From: Gemmatimonadota bacterium
GTDB lineage: Bacteria; Gemmatimonadota; Gemmatimonadetes; Gemmatimonadales; Gemmatimonadaceae
Reading direction: 5' to 3'
Assembly (NCBI GenBank): GCA_040389905.1
Contig: JAZJZK010000023.1
Location: 64,307 to 128,306, forward strand
Length of the DNA stretch: 64,000 nucleotides
In this document: in pieces, positions 30,138 through 39,678 of the stretch
How positions within the stretch are numbered: position 1 is the first letter of the stretch
How the letters are laid out: each line of letters starts with the position of its first letter
Notes under the pieces: generated by a model
What the model was told of the DNA's origin: nothing
Seen by the model: only the letters and a program-made list of their open reading frames with translations
Database searches by the model: none
Position numbers and translations under genes: made by a program

Positions 30138-30518
30138 CTATCGAGGTTTCTCGCACATCAGCGCCATCGCATTTCCGTCCGGATCGCGGAACGCGCACAG
30201 CCAGAGATCGTGATCGGGCATCGGCGCGATGAAGTGGGGTTCGTCCGTGAACACGACGCCTCGTGCCGTCATCTCGGCATGTGCGCCTTCGATATCGGCC
30301 ACCTTGAAATACAGGACGGAGCTCACGCCGGCCGTGAACTCTCCTTCCGGTGGTGCGAGCATCAGGCGCACTCCACCGATGTCGAAGAACGCGAGCGACG
30401 GCGGCGCGGCAAACAAGAAGGTCAAGCCCACCGCGTCACGATAGAAGGCGACGGCGCGGTCGACGTTGGAGACGGTGAGCGCAACCTGCCGAAGTCCTGC
30501 GATCGAGGTGCTCGACAT
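30138..30518 (-). CDS. VOC/glyoxalase family protein
   Basis: QVALTV..AFYRDAVGL..FRDPDGN. Confidence 0.9.
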   Translation of the reverse strand: MSSTSIAGLRQVALTVSNVDRAVAFYRDAVGLTFLFAAPPSLAFFDIGGVRLMLAPPEGEFTAGVSSVLYFKVADIEGAHAEMTARGVVFTDEPHFIAPMPDHDLWLCAFRDPDGNAMALMCEKPR

Positions 30519-30544
30519 ACAATCCTCCTGAGCCGTTGAATTAT

Positions 30545-30557
30545 TTAGCTACGCTAA
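30545..30557. promoter_or_regulatory. Probable MarR operator between the divergent VOC and MarR genes
   Basis: TTAGC-TAC-GCTAA palindrome in an AT-rich intergenic region. Confidence 0.5.
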
Positions 30558-30572
30558 CTAACTTAGAGCGCC

Positions 30573-31031
30573 ATGAGCCCACGTCAAGCGCCCACCGGTG
30601 CACCGCGCGCCGGATCGTCCGACGCGATCGCCGACCGGTTGCACTCCGCGGCCATTCACCTGCTGCGCCGGTTGCGCCGGGAGGACGACGCGTCTGGCAT
30701 CAGCGCACCGCGCCTCTCCGCACTGTCAGTCGTTGTCTTCGGCGGCCCCATCGCCATGGGCGTCTTGGCAGCCGCTGAACAGGTGCGAGTGCCCACCATG
30801 TCGCGGCTGGTCGCGACGCTGGAACAGGATGGGCTGGTGACCCGGGTGATCGATACCAATGATCGGCGAAGCGTCCGGATCGAGGCGACGGAGGCAGGGA
30901 GAACGCTCCTGAATGCCGGCCGGCGTCGCAGGGTCGCGGCGCTGTCGGCGGACATCGCCAGCCTCAAGGCAGACGATCGCCGAACGCTGCTCGCGGCCAT
31001 CCCTCTTTTGGAAAAACTGGCGGGACGCTGA
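30573..31031 (+). CDS. MarR family regulator
   Basis: PTMSRLVATLEQDGLV.R..D..DRR. Confidence 0.9.
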   Translation: MSPRQAPTGAPRAGSSDAIADRLHSAAIHLLRRLRREDDASGISAPRLSALSVVVFGGPIAMGVLAAAEQVRVPTMSRLVATLEQDGLVTRVIDTNDRRSVRIEATEAGRTLLNAGRRRRVAALSADIASLKADDRRTLLAAIPLLEKLAGR

Positions 31032-31149
31032 CGGTTGTCACTCTTCGCGCGGGATGACATCCGCAGCGATGCGCTCCAGCAGTTCCAGTTTAGGCGACCG
31101 CTAGTCTAGACGAAACTCAGCCTTGCATTCCTTCCGGCTCATATTAGAG

Positions 31150-31163
31150 TTAGTTGAACCTAA
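31150..31163. promoter_or_regulatory. DtxR/MntR(SirR)-type operator upstream of mntH
   Basis: TTAGTTGAACCTAA, 12/14 match to the TTAGGTTAACCTAA palindrome. Confidence 0.65.
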
Positions 31164-31204
31164 ATAATTCATGAGCCTGACGCACGACTGAAGCGAGTCG
31201 GAGC

Positions 31205-32584
31205 GTGACTACCCTGAACGTGCATGTCCCTATGACGGCGATCGAAGAGGTAACTCCCCATCGTGACGATGGTTGGCGCAGGGCACGCGTCGCCCCAAGC
31301 CTGGCTGAGGTCTACCGAAGCGTACCCACCGCCGGACGCACGAAGTGGCGGAAGATGCTCGCCTTCGCCGGCCCGGGATATCTTGTGGCTGTCGGCTACA
31401 TGGACCCGGGCAACTGGGCAACCGACCTCGCAGGCGGCTCTCGGTTTGGATACGCGCTCCTCAGCGTCATCCTCATCTCGAACCTGATGGCGGTTCTGCT
31501 GCAAGGCCTCGCCTCGAAGCTCGGAATTGTCACGGGGCGCGATCTCGCACAGGCCTGCCGAGACGAGTACAGCAAGCCCGTCGTCTGGGCACTCTGGTTC
31601 CTCTGCGAAATCGCCATTGCGGCGTGTGACCTCGCCGAAGTGATTGGCTCCGCGATCGCACTCAATCTTCTGTTTGGCATCAAGCTGCCCGTCGGCGTCG
31701 CGATTACCGCGCTCGACGTTTTGCTGCTCCTGTACCTCCAGAACAAGGGCGTGCGGGTGCTCGAGGCCCTCGTCATCACGCTCGTGGCAACCGTCGGTGC
31801 GTGCTTCGCCTTCGAGTTGTTGCTCGCGCGGCCGGACATCGTGGGCGTCATGAAGGGCTTCATCCCAACGACGTCGATCATCACCGATCGCGAAAAGCTC
31901 TACATCGCCATCGGCATCCTCGGCGCGACGGTGATGCCGCACAACCTGTATCTCCACTCGTCGATCGTGCAGACGCGGAAGTACGAAGAGAATGCCGCCG
32001 GCCGCAGGGAAGCGGTCCACTACGCGTTCATCGACTCGACGATTGCGCTGTCGATCGCACTCTTCATTAACGCGGCCATCCTCATCGTTGCGGCCGCGAG
32101 CTTCCACACCACGGGAAACTCCTCGGTCGCAGAAATTCAGGATGCATTCAAGCTGCTGACGCCACTGCTGGGCGCGGGCGCGAGCACGGTCTTCGCCCTG
32201 GCGTTGCTCGCGTCCGGGCAGAACTCCACGCTCACCGGCACCCTCGCCGGCCAGATCGTCATGGAGGGTTTCCTCGACATCCGAATCCGTCCGTGGCTGC
32301 GTCGCCTGATCACGCGCTTGATCGCCATCGTGCCGGCGGTCATTGTGGCAATCATTGGAGGCGAATCTGGCACGGCAAAATTGCTCGTCCTGAGCCAGGT
32401 CATTCTCAGCCTTCAGCTTTCGTTCGCGGTATTCCCGCTGGTAATGTTCACGTCGGACAAGCTGAAGATGGGCGAGTTCGTGAACCCGGTGTGGCTCAAG
32501 GTCCTGGCGTATCTTGTTGCCGCGGTGATCGCGTCGCTCAACGGCTGGCTGCTCTTCCAGACGTTCGCAGGCTGGCTCGCGTAG
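31205..32584 (+). CDS. mntH: Nramp divalent metal (Mn2+) transporter
   Basis: [25 protein letters not shown]. Confidence 0.95.
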   Translation: MTTLNVHVPMTAIEEVTPHRDDGWRRARVAPSLAEVYRSVPTAGRTKWRKMLAFAGPGYLVAVGYMDPGNWATDLAGGSRFGYALLSVILISNLMAVLLQGLASKLGIVTGRDLAQACRDEYSKPVVWALWFLCEIAIAACDLAEVIGSAIALNLLFGIKLPVGVAITALDVLLLLYLQNKGVRVLEALVITLVATVGACFAFELLLARPDIVGVMKGFIPTTSIITDREKLYIAIGILGATVMPHNLYLHSSIVQTRKYEENAAGRREAVHYAFIDSTIALSIALFINAAILIVAAASFHTTGNSSVAEIQDAFKLLTPLLGAGASTVFALALLASGQNSTLTGTLAGQIVMEGFLDIRIRPWLRRLITRLIAIVPAVIVAIIGGESGTAKLLVLSQVILSLQLSFAVFPLVMFTSDKLKMGEFVNPVWLKVLAYLVAAVIASLNGWLLFQTFAGWLA

Positions 32585-32641
32585 CAGCGCATCGCACGGC
32601 TCGTCGCAGGCTCCGTTCGTCAACGCACCTCGCAACCCACC

Positions 32642-33085
32642 ATGTACACGCGAATTCTCGTTCCACTCGAACACTCGGACTACGACGACGCCATCCTCAC
32701 CCACGTCCGCGATCTCGCACTGTTGTGCAAGGCGTCCGTGGTGCTGATCCATGTCGCGGACGGATGGGCAGCGCGCAATCAGCAGCAACTGGCGCTCCGC
32801 GAGAGCGACGAAATGAAGCGCGACCGCGACTACATCGAAGCGCGCGCGGGCGCACTGGGTGAGGCCGGCCTCGCGGTCGAGAGCGTGCTCGCTGGCGGAG
32901 ACCCAGGCAGCGAGATTGCCGCCGCCGCGGAACGGGAGGGGTGCGACCTCGTGGCAATGAGCACACACGGCCACAAAGGTGTGCAGGACCTCATCCGGGG
33001 CAGCGTCGCGAATGAGGTCCGTCACCGGACCACGGTGCCGGTGCTCATGGTGCGCGGTTCGTTGAGGAAGCTCCGTTCGGTATGA
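32642..33085 (+). CDS. Universal stress protein
   Basis: ILVPL..GDP..DLVAMSTHG..GSVA..PVLMV. Confidence 0.9.
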   Translation: MYTRILVPLEHSDYDDAILTHVRDLALLCKASVVLIHVADGWAARNQQQLALRESDEMKRDRDYIEARAGALGEAGLAVESVLAGGDPGSEIAAAAEREGCDLVAMSTHGHKGVQDLIRGSVANEVRHRTTVPVLMVRGSLRKLRSV

Positions 33086-33774
33086 GCGCCGCGCACGCAG
33101 TGCCGTCGCTGACGGGTCCCGTCGAAGACTACCTCAAGGCGATCTACGATCTCGAACGGGTCGGTGAGCCGGCCGCGACGAATGACATCGCGCTGCGCCT
33201 CGCCATCTCGCCGGCGTCGGTGAGCGGCATGATGCGTCGCCTCGCCGACCAGGGGTTGATCACGCACGAGCCGTACAGGGGCGTGCGGCTCACGACCGAC
33301 GGCCGTCGTGCAGCGTTGCGCACCCTGCGCCGGCACCGCATCCTCGAGTGCTATCTCACCGAGGTGCTTGGCTACCCATGGGACAGAGTGCACGAGGAAG
33401 CGGAGCAGCTCGAGCACGCCGCGTCCGAAGAGCTCATCGATCGAATGGCCGCCGCACTCGGTGAGCCGACGCGCGATCCGCACGGCGCTCCCATTCCAAC
33501 GCGTGATGGTCGCGTCGAGGAAAGCGCGCTCCGCAGTCTTGCCGAGATGGCGCAGGGCGACCACGTGCGCGTGCGGCGCGTGCAGGATGAGGACGCCGAA
33601 CGCCTCCGCTACCTCGCGGAACTGGGCATTCGACCGGGCGCACAGGTGCGCATCCTCGACAAGGCACCATTCGACGGACCCATTACCGTCTGGGTCGACG
33701 ACGCGGGTGGTGGCTCTACGCGAGCGATCGGCGTCGGCCTGGCTGGTCAGGTGTTCGTCGACACACTGGACTGA
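33082..33774 (+). CDS. mntR: DtxR/MntR metal-dependent repressor with FeoA-like domain
   Basis: EDYLKAIY, RRHRILE, EAEQLEH, DPHGAPIP. Confidence 0.9.
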   Translation: MSAAHAVPSLTGPVEDYLKAIYDLERVGEPAATNDIALRLAISPASVSGMMRRLADQGLITHEPYRGVRLTTDGRRAALRTLRRHRILECYLTEVLGYPWDRVHEEAEQLEHAASEELIDRMAAALGEPTRDPHGAPIPTRDGRVEESALRSLAEMAQGDHVRVRRVQDEDAERLRYLAELGIRPGAQVRILDKAPFDGPITVWVDDAGGGSTRAIGVGLAGQVFVDTLD

Positions 33775-33780
33775 AACGAG

Positions 33781-33814
33781 CATCACCCCCGAGCGACCAC
33801 GCCCGGGGGTGATG
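33781..33814. terminator. Hairpin between convergent genes
   Basis: CATCACCCCCG / CGGGGGTGATG perfect 11-bp stem. Confidence 0.6.
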
Positions 33815-33830
33815 GTTCACGTCATTGCCC

Positions 33831-34487
33831 TTAACGAGAGTCGAGGCGGCGAGCGGAGTCCGTGGCATCGGGTCCCGGCTTCGACGCCGGATTGCCATCG
33901 ACGCGATCCTTCATGTCGTCCGCAACGTCCGCGATCTTGTTCCCCGCATCGCGTGTCGTGTCAGCCGCCCACGGCGCCGCGTTCTTGAGAATTGCGCGAC
34001 CGCGATTGAAGCCCGCGCCGGCGTAGCCGCTCACGGAATTCCAGTCGCCATACTTCTTCGACTGATCGACTGACCAACCGCGCTGGAGATCACCTGATAC
34101 CTCACTCCAATCTCTGTTGGCGTAGTCAGGATTGTGCGCGGCCACGTGCCCGAGGTGGTACGCAGGACGCACGTCTTCATAGCGACGGTCAGCGAGCTTC
34201 GATGAGCGCTCGTAATCGGTCCGATAGAATTCGTCATCGCTATCCGTGAGCTTGGTCGCCGCCTCGGTCACCGCGCGCCCGGCCCACCATCCGCCGAGTG
34301 CACCGGCGACGCCACCGATCAACGTGCCGACCGGCCCGATCGCCGAGCCAATCGCTGCGCCGGTGAGTACGCCGCCAATTCCGCCAACGCCTTCTCCGGC
34401 CTCATCCACATGACTGGGATGACTGTCGTGTTTGCCGAGCGCGGCGTCCTTGGCCCTCTCGATACGTCCGTCCGTCGAATCATTCAT
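33831..34487 (-). CDS. Glycine-zipper-containing hypothetical protein (stress/LEA-like)
   Basis: GGIGGVLTGAAIGSAIGPVG; RBS GGAG; sigma54-like GGTCC-TGATT-TTGC at 34544-34531. Confidence 0.75.
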   Translation of the reverse strand: MNDSTDGRIERAKDAALGKHDSHPSHVDEAGEGVGGIGGVLTGAAIGSAIGPVGTLIGGVAGALGGWWAGRAVTEAATKLTDSDDEFYRTDYERSSKLADRRYEDVRPAYHLGHVAAHNPDYANRDWSEVSGDLQRGWSVDQSKKYGDWNSVSGYAGAGFNRGRAILKNAAPWAADTTRDAGNKIADVADDMKDRVDGNPASKPGPDATDSARRLDSR

Positions 34488-34597
34488 GGCCGTCTCCTGC
34501 TGATGGGGTGTGAGTTTGTCGCTAACGATGGCAAAATCAGGACCGCCACTCACACCCGAGCTTGACAGGCGCGGTCCGCTCGCGCCGATTCAACAGC

Positions 34598-35407
34598 ATG
34601 AGCGCGCTCGTCCGTCTCGGGACGCAGGGCTGGAACTACGACGCGTGGGTCGGCCCCTTTTATCCAGTGGGCACGCGACCCGCGGACTATCTCACCGTCT
34701 TCGCCCGCGCGTTCGACACGGTCGAGGTGGATTCGACGTTCTATGCAATTCCGCCGGTAAAGACGATACGCGCATGGTATGCGCGCACGCCGTACGGTTT
34801 CACCTTCGCGTTGAAGATGCCGCAGGAGATCACGCACGAGCGGAGATTCCGGGACTGCGCGGATGTTGCCGACATGTTCTACGATCGTGCACGAGAGCTT
34901 GGCGAGAAGCTCGGCCCCGTCCTCATCCAGCTCGCGCCCGATTTCGGACCGAATGAGTTGCCCGCCATCGCGAACCTGCTCCCGGCGCTGCCGCGCGACA
35001 TCAAGTTCGCGATCGAGTTTCGCCATCGTGGCTGGATCAACGAAGGCATCGTGGCCTTGCTCGCGGAGCATGCCGTCGCGTTGGCGATCACCGATGCGCG
35101 GTGGATTCCGCGCAAGCAGATGATGGCGCTCGCGACGCGACCGACGGCGGGCTTCAGCTACTTCCGGTGGATGGGTGCGAATCGCGACATCGTGGACTAT
35201 TCCCGGATCCAGATCGATCGCTCCATGGAACTCGAACATTGGACCGGGGTGCTGGAGACGCTCGCGAATATTCGCGTGAAGGTCTACGGTTACGTCAACA
35301 ATCACTTCGCCGGCCACTCACCACAGACTGTCCGAGAACTACAACGCATGCTCGGCATGCCGCAGGTCGATCCCGACTCACTTGGAGAGCAGATATCGCT
35401 GTTCTGA
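34598..35407 (+). CDS. DUF72 family protein
   Basis: GTQGW.Y..W...FYP, VEVDSTFY, FAIEFRH, VNNHFAG. Confidence 0.92.
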   Translation: MSALVRLGTQGWNYDAWVGPFYPVGTRPADYLTVFARAFDTVEVDSTFYAIPPVKTIRAWYARTPYGFTFALKMPQEITHERRFRDCADVADMFYDRARELGEKLGPVLIQLAPDFGPNELPAIANLLPALPRDIKFAIEFRHRGWINEGIVALLAEHAVALAITDARWIPRKQMMALATRPTAGFSYFRWMGANRDIVDYSRIQIDRSMELEHWTGVLETLANIRVKVYGYVNNHFAGHSPQTVRELQRMLGMPQVDPDSLGEQISLF

Positions 35408-35425
35408 CAGCCCACACTGACTGAT

Positions 35426-36610
35426 ATGGCCACCACCGTCGATCTCCTTCACGGCCCGTACACCGCCACCGTCGGGCCTCGCGCACACGTCGAATCGTTC
35501 GTCTGGCACACGTATGCCGTCGTACTCGCAGCCACGATGCTCGTCGTCGGCTTGATCTGGGACATCTCGTGGCACATGTCGATCGGCCGCGACACGTTTT
35601 GGACGCCCGCGCACCTCCTCATCCAGGGGGGTGGGTTGCTCGCCGGACTGTCCTCGGGTGCGATCGCGCTGAATACGACCTTCCGGGGATCGGACGATGC
35701 GAAACAGAGCAGTGTACGCTTCTGGGGATTCCGCGCTCCATACGGCGCATGGGTGTGCGTTCTGGGCTGTGGCGCGATGCTCACCTCCGCTCCCTTCGAT
35801 GACTGGTGGCACGGCGCCTACGGACTCGACGTCCGCATCGTAAGCCCACCGCACATTCTGCTGGGCATCGGAATGATGGCCATCGTACTTGGCGCCATGT
35901 TGCGAACGCTCGCCCTACAGAATGGAGACGAGGAACGCATCCGCTCGCGCGCCGCGCTGATGTTCGCATGGTCCTCCGGCTTGTTCATCACGATACTCGG
36001 GACGCTGTTGCTCGAGTGGTCGGACCGCGGCTACATGCATCTGGGCACCTTCTACATCGCCTGGGGCATCAGCGTCCCGATCGTGCTCGTGGGGACGACG
36101 GTGAGTGGCCGCAGTCGTTGGCCCGCAGCGACCGCGGCGCTGATCTACATGACCGTACTCGCGCTCACCAGCTGGATCCTCATGCTCTTTCCCGCCACGC
36201 CCAAGCTCGGTCCCATCTATCGCGATATCACGCACTTCGTCCCGCTCGACTTTCCGATCCTCCTCGTATTCCCTGCACTCGCCATCGACCTGACGTGGCG
36301 TCGCGTTCGCGAGTGGCCGGTGCTTCGTGCGAGTGCGGCACTCGGGATCGCGTTCATGCTCACGCTCATGCTCGTGCAGTGGCCATTCTCCAGCTTCCTG
36401 ATGGCGAACGGCCGCAACTGGTTCTTCCACACCGACAACTTCGTGTACTGGCAGGACATCGCGTCGGAACACTTCTCATTCCAGTTCTACGCGCAGGCCG
36501 ATGATGCCCCGCCGCTGATCGTGCAGTTTGCCTACTCCATCGTCGCCGCAGTGATTGCCAGCCTCGTCGGGCTATTGCGTGGTCGGTGGATGACGCGGGT
36601 ACGGCGGTAA
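35426..36610 (+). CDS. Polytopic membrane protein with two PmoC/AmoC-like D-x3-H-x12/13-H motifs
   Basis: About 9-10 TM segments; WDISWHMSIGRDTFWTPAH and FDDWWHGAYGLDVRIVSPPH. Confidence 0.8.
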   Translation: MATTVDLLHGPYTATVGPRAHVESFVWHTYAVVLAATMLVVGLIWDISWHMSIGRDTFWTPAHLLIQGGGLLAGLSSGAIALNTTFRGSDDAKQSSVRFWGFRAPYGAWVCVLGCGAMLTSAPFDDWWHGAYGLDVRIVSPPHILLGIGMMAIVLGAMLRTLALQNGDEERIRSRAALMFAWSSGLFITILGTLLLEWSDRGYMHLGTFYIAWGISVPIVLVGTTVSGRSRWPAATAALIYMTVLALTSWILMLFPATPKLGPIYRDITHFVPLDFPILLVFPALAIDLTWRRVREWPVLRASAALGIAFMLTLMLVQWPFSSFLMANGRNWFFHTDNFVYWQDIASEHFSFQFYAQADDAPPLIVQFAYSIVAAVIASLVGLLRGRWMTRVRR

Positions 36611-38127
36611 TGCGAACACTCACGCTTGTTGTGCGTTGCGCCGCGGCGCTCTCGCTTGCGGTTTTGCTGGCGGCGCACATTGGAAGCCCGAATGTCTATT
36701 TGTCCGGAAAGGCAGGACCATATACGGTCGATATTACTGTCCGGCCACCCGATGTCGTCCCTGGCATTGCCCAGGTGTTTGTCAACGTGAATGACACGAG
36801 CGTTTCGCGCGTGGTCATTCGCCCCGTGTTCTGGCGGGCGGGCAGCAGGGGCGCTCCTCCTGGCGACGACGCCAAAGCCGTGAAGGGATCACCCGGCGCG
36901 TATGCGGGTGAAGTCTGGTTGATGGCGTCGGGCAACTACGCGATCGACGTCACCATCACCGGCAAGGCGGGTGCAGGTACGCTCCGCGTGCCTGTCACAG
37001 CGCTGGCAACGGCGCAGCGTCAACTCGGCCCATTCCTCACGGTGTTGCTCGCGATTCTCGGGACGCTCCTCCTGGCCGGGGCGATTACCGCTGTCAACGC
37101 CGCCGCGGGCGAGAGTCTCGTTCCACCGGGCGAACCGGTCGCGCCGGAACTACGGAAGCGTGCGCGCCGAGCAACGATCATTGCGATTCCCGTGTTAGCG
37201 CTGGTTGTCTTCGGCGGCGCGAGTTGGTGGAAATCGGAAGCGGACCAATACCGCCGCACGTTGTATCGTCCGCTGAAGACGAAGACCAGCGTCGCTGTCG
37301 TTAATGGCGTGCCGACGTTGACGATGGAGCTCGCAGAGGAGAACGCGCGACGCGCATTCGGGCGCCCAATCATGCCCGACCATGGCAAGATCGCGCACAT
37401 GTTCATCGCCAACGCCGACTCGACCTTCGTTTTTGCGCACCTCCATCCGGCGATGCCGGGGCGGATGACGTTCACGACGCCCTTGCCGGCGCTCCGCGCG
37501 GGCAAATACCGCGTGTTCACGGATGTGGTGCACGAGACGGGCTTTCAGCGAACGCTCGTCGATTCGATCACATTGCCCGCCGCGCTCGATTCCGCCGGCG
37601 AGAAACGCCTCGGCGTGGATGACGCGTGGTTCTCCGATAGCGGCACGGCGGTCACGCGATTCGTCACGATCGTTCGTGGCCACGAGGAGGGTCTCTATGT
37701 GCGATGGGCAGGTCCCGACAGCGTCGTCGCCAACCGCACGGGCGTGTTGCGCTTCGGAATGTCCGACAAGCACGGTGCACCGGCGATGATCGAACCGTAC
37801 ATGGGCATGTCCGGTCACGCCGTCGTGATGCGCGACGATGGCAAGGTCTTCGTGCATCTCCACCCAAGTGGCACCGCGTCGACCGCATCGCAACTCGCGC
37901 TCGATCTTCGCGATCGCGGCGATACGTCGCGAGATGGCCGCTTGCGCCTGGACATGGCGTCGCCTGCGCACGACATGGCGATGCTCCCGACGCCGATGCG
38001 CGATATCAGCTTTCCGTACGCGTTTCCTTCGCCGGGCCGCTACCGCATCTGGCTCCAGGTGCGCCTGCACGACAAAGTGCACACGACCGCGTTCGACGTC
38101 GTCGTGGCTCCAGAGTCGACGATGTGA
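36610..38127 (+). CDS. Exported, membrane-anchored His-rich putative copper-binding protein
   Basis: Signal peptide ending LAA|H, two central TM helices, two H..HLHP motifs; TAATG overlap with the upstream gene. Confidence 0.78.
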   Translation: MRTLTLVVRCAAALSLAVLLAAHIGSPNVYLSGKAGPYTVDITVRPPDVVPGIAQVFVNVNDTSVSRVVIRPVFWRAGSRGAPPGDDAKAVKGSPGAYAGEVWLMASGNYAIDVTITGKAGAGTLRVPVTALATAQRQLGPFLTVLLAILGTLLLAGAITAVNAAAGESLVPPGEPVAPELRKRARRATIIAIPVLALVVFGGASWWKSEADQYRRTLYRPLKTKTSVAVVNGVPTLTMELAEENARRAFGRPIMPDHGKIAHMFIANADSTFVFAHLHPAMPGRMTFTTPLPALRAGKYRVFTDVVHETGFQRTLVDSITLPAALDSAGEKRLGVDDAWFSDSGTAVTRFVTIVRGHEEGLYVRWAGPDSVVANRTGVLRFGMSDKHGAPAMIEPYMGMSGHAVVMRDDGKVFVHLHPSGTASTASQLALDLRDRGDTSRDGRLRLDMASPAHDMAMLPTPMRDISFPYAFPSPGRYRIWLQVRLHDKVHTTAFDVVVAPESTM

Positions 38128-38131
38128 TCGT

Positions 38132-39553
38132 CTACGCGGGCTGCAGTGTCAGCGTGAACGTCGAGCCAACGCCGAGCACACTATCGGCGACGAGGTCGCC
38201 TCCCATTCCGCGCGCGAGGATGCGGCTGATCGACAGACCGAGGCCAACGCCTTCGCGGGGCGCGTGCCCGTTGATCTGAACGAACGGCTCGAAAATCATT
38301 CCGAGCTTGTCCTCAGGGATGCCAATGCCGCTGTCCGAAATGGCGATGGAAATCGGGCGGTCCAGCGTCGTGCCGCGCGTGACGCGAACACGAATGCGGC
38401 CGCCGGGGGGCGTGAACTTGTTGGCGTTGCCCAACACGTTGAGAAGGATCTGATGCACCTTCTCCCGATCCGCGTGGGAGAGTATCGGCGTATTCGCCGG
38501 AGCGCATTCGACGTCGCACGTGAGCCCGCCGGCCGAGAAGAGCGGTTCGAGCAACGCTGTCACTTCCGCGACGAGAGTATCGACCGAAAGGGTCTCGACC
38601 TCGTACCGCACCTGTGATGACTCGAGGCGCGCGAGGTTCAACACTTCATTGATGAGACCCAAAAGATGCCGCTGGCTCTTCTGGACTCGCGCCAGCGCCT
38701 CATGCTGCTTCTCGCTTACGGGGCCCAGCAGTTCCATGTCGATCAACTGCACGTGCCCTCCGATTGCGTTGAGCGGCGTGCGAAGCTCGTGGCTCATCAC
38801 CGCGAGAAACTGGTTCTTCGCGCGATTTGCCGACTCCGCGCGTTCGAGCGCAACGCGCAGTGAGCGTTCCAGCACGTTGCGCCGCTCGAGTTCCGTCTCC
38901 AGCGCCTGCGCGCGCTGCTGCAGGATGGCAATTTCCCGCAGCCGCTCCGAAGTGCTCGCGCCGACGTAACGCTCGGTCGGGATAACGTGGGCATGCGTGC
39001 CGCAGATCGATTGGACCGAGGCGGTTTGCGTCCCCTCGGCGAACGTGCGCATCGAGTATCCACACAGCAGTGAGAAGCGGTACGTCTGCGCGAGTTCGTT
39101 CCAGATCTCCTCCAACTCGAGCGCGCCCTGGACATTGCCTGCTCGGCACAGCACGTCGACCATCTCGCCGTAGACGCGCACGGCGCTGGTGCTCAAGTTG
39201 CTGCTGAACTGCCGGAGGATCGCGCCGACGGTTACACGGCAGCGTTCCGGATTTGGATGCGCCCCATCCATGAAGGCTGCGAGCATCTCAGCGGCATCCT
39301 GCAGGCCGAGCTGGCCGCGGAAGATCGCTCGGTCGACATCGAATCCACGTGTCTCGAGATGCTCGCGGAAGCCGGCGAGGTGCTCGAGCGTCGCGACCGC
39401 GATGACAGGCTGTCCCTGCGCCAGTCCACTCGCCAGAAAATCTCCGACGGCGTTGACGAGGAACTCGTCGTCGTCATAGAACTGGACGGCGTGGGTTCGT
39501 TGTATTCCAACGCCAATTGCGTCGTACGACTCGACGATCGACGTACTCGCCAT
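38132..39553 (-). CDS. MEDS-domain sensor histidine kinase
   Basis: HAVQFY..GEMVDVL..LEEIWN..LLCGY (MEDS); SHELRTPL, NANKFT, DSGIGI, GLGLSI. Confidence 0.88.
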   Translation of the reverse strand: MASTSIVESYDAIGVGIQRTHAVQFYDDDEFLVNAVGDFLASGLAQGQPVIAVATLEHLAGFREHLETRGFDVDRAIFRGQLGLQDAAEMLAAFMDGAHPNPERCRVTVGAILRQFSSNLSTSAVRVYGEMVDVLCRAGNVQGALELEEIWNELAQTYRFSLLCGYSMRTFAEGTQTASVQSICGTHAHVIPTERYVGASTSERLREIAILQQRAQALETELERRNVLERSLRVALERAESANRAKNQFLAVMSHELRTPLNAIGGHVQLIDMELLGPVSEKQHEALARVQKSQRHLLGLINEVLNLARLESSQVRYEVETLSVDTLVAEVTALLEPLFSAGGLTCDVECAPANTPILSHADREKVHQILLNVLGNANKFTPPGGRIRVRVTRGTTLDRPISIAISDSGIGIPEDKLGMIFEPFVQINGHAPREGVGLGLSISRILARGMGGDLVADSVLGVGSTFTLTLQPA

Positions 39554-39678
39554 CTCCTCGCTGGCCTGACGAACCGCGACTCCCATACCGATACACCCCG
39601 CTCGCCGAATGGCGGCAATCCTGTGACAACGGTTGTGCGCGCCTGTGACGCAGGCGTTACAGGCTTTAGTATCTGCAC

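Noticed and set aside
35426..38127. Calling the pair pmoC/pmoB or amoC/amoB outright
   Set aside because: Similarity is limited to metal motifs and topology; there is no pmoA and no HxH in the first soluble domain, so methane or ammonia oxidation is unsupported
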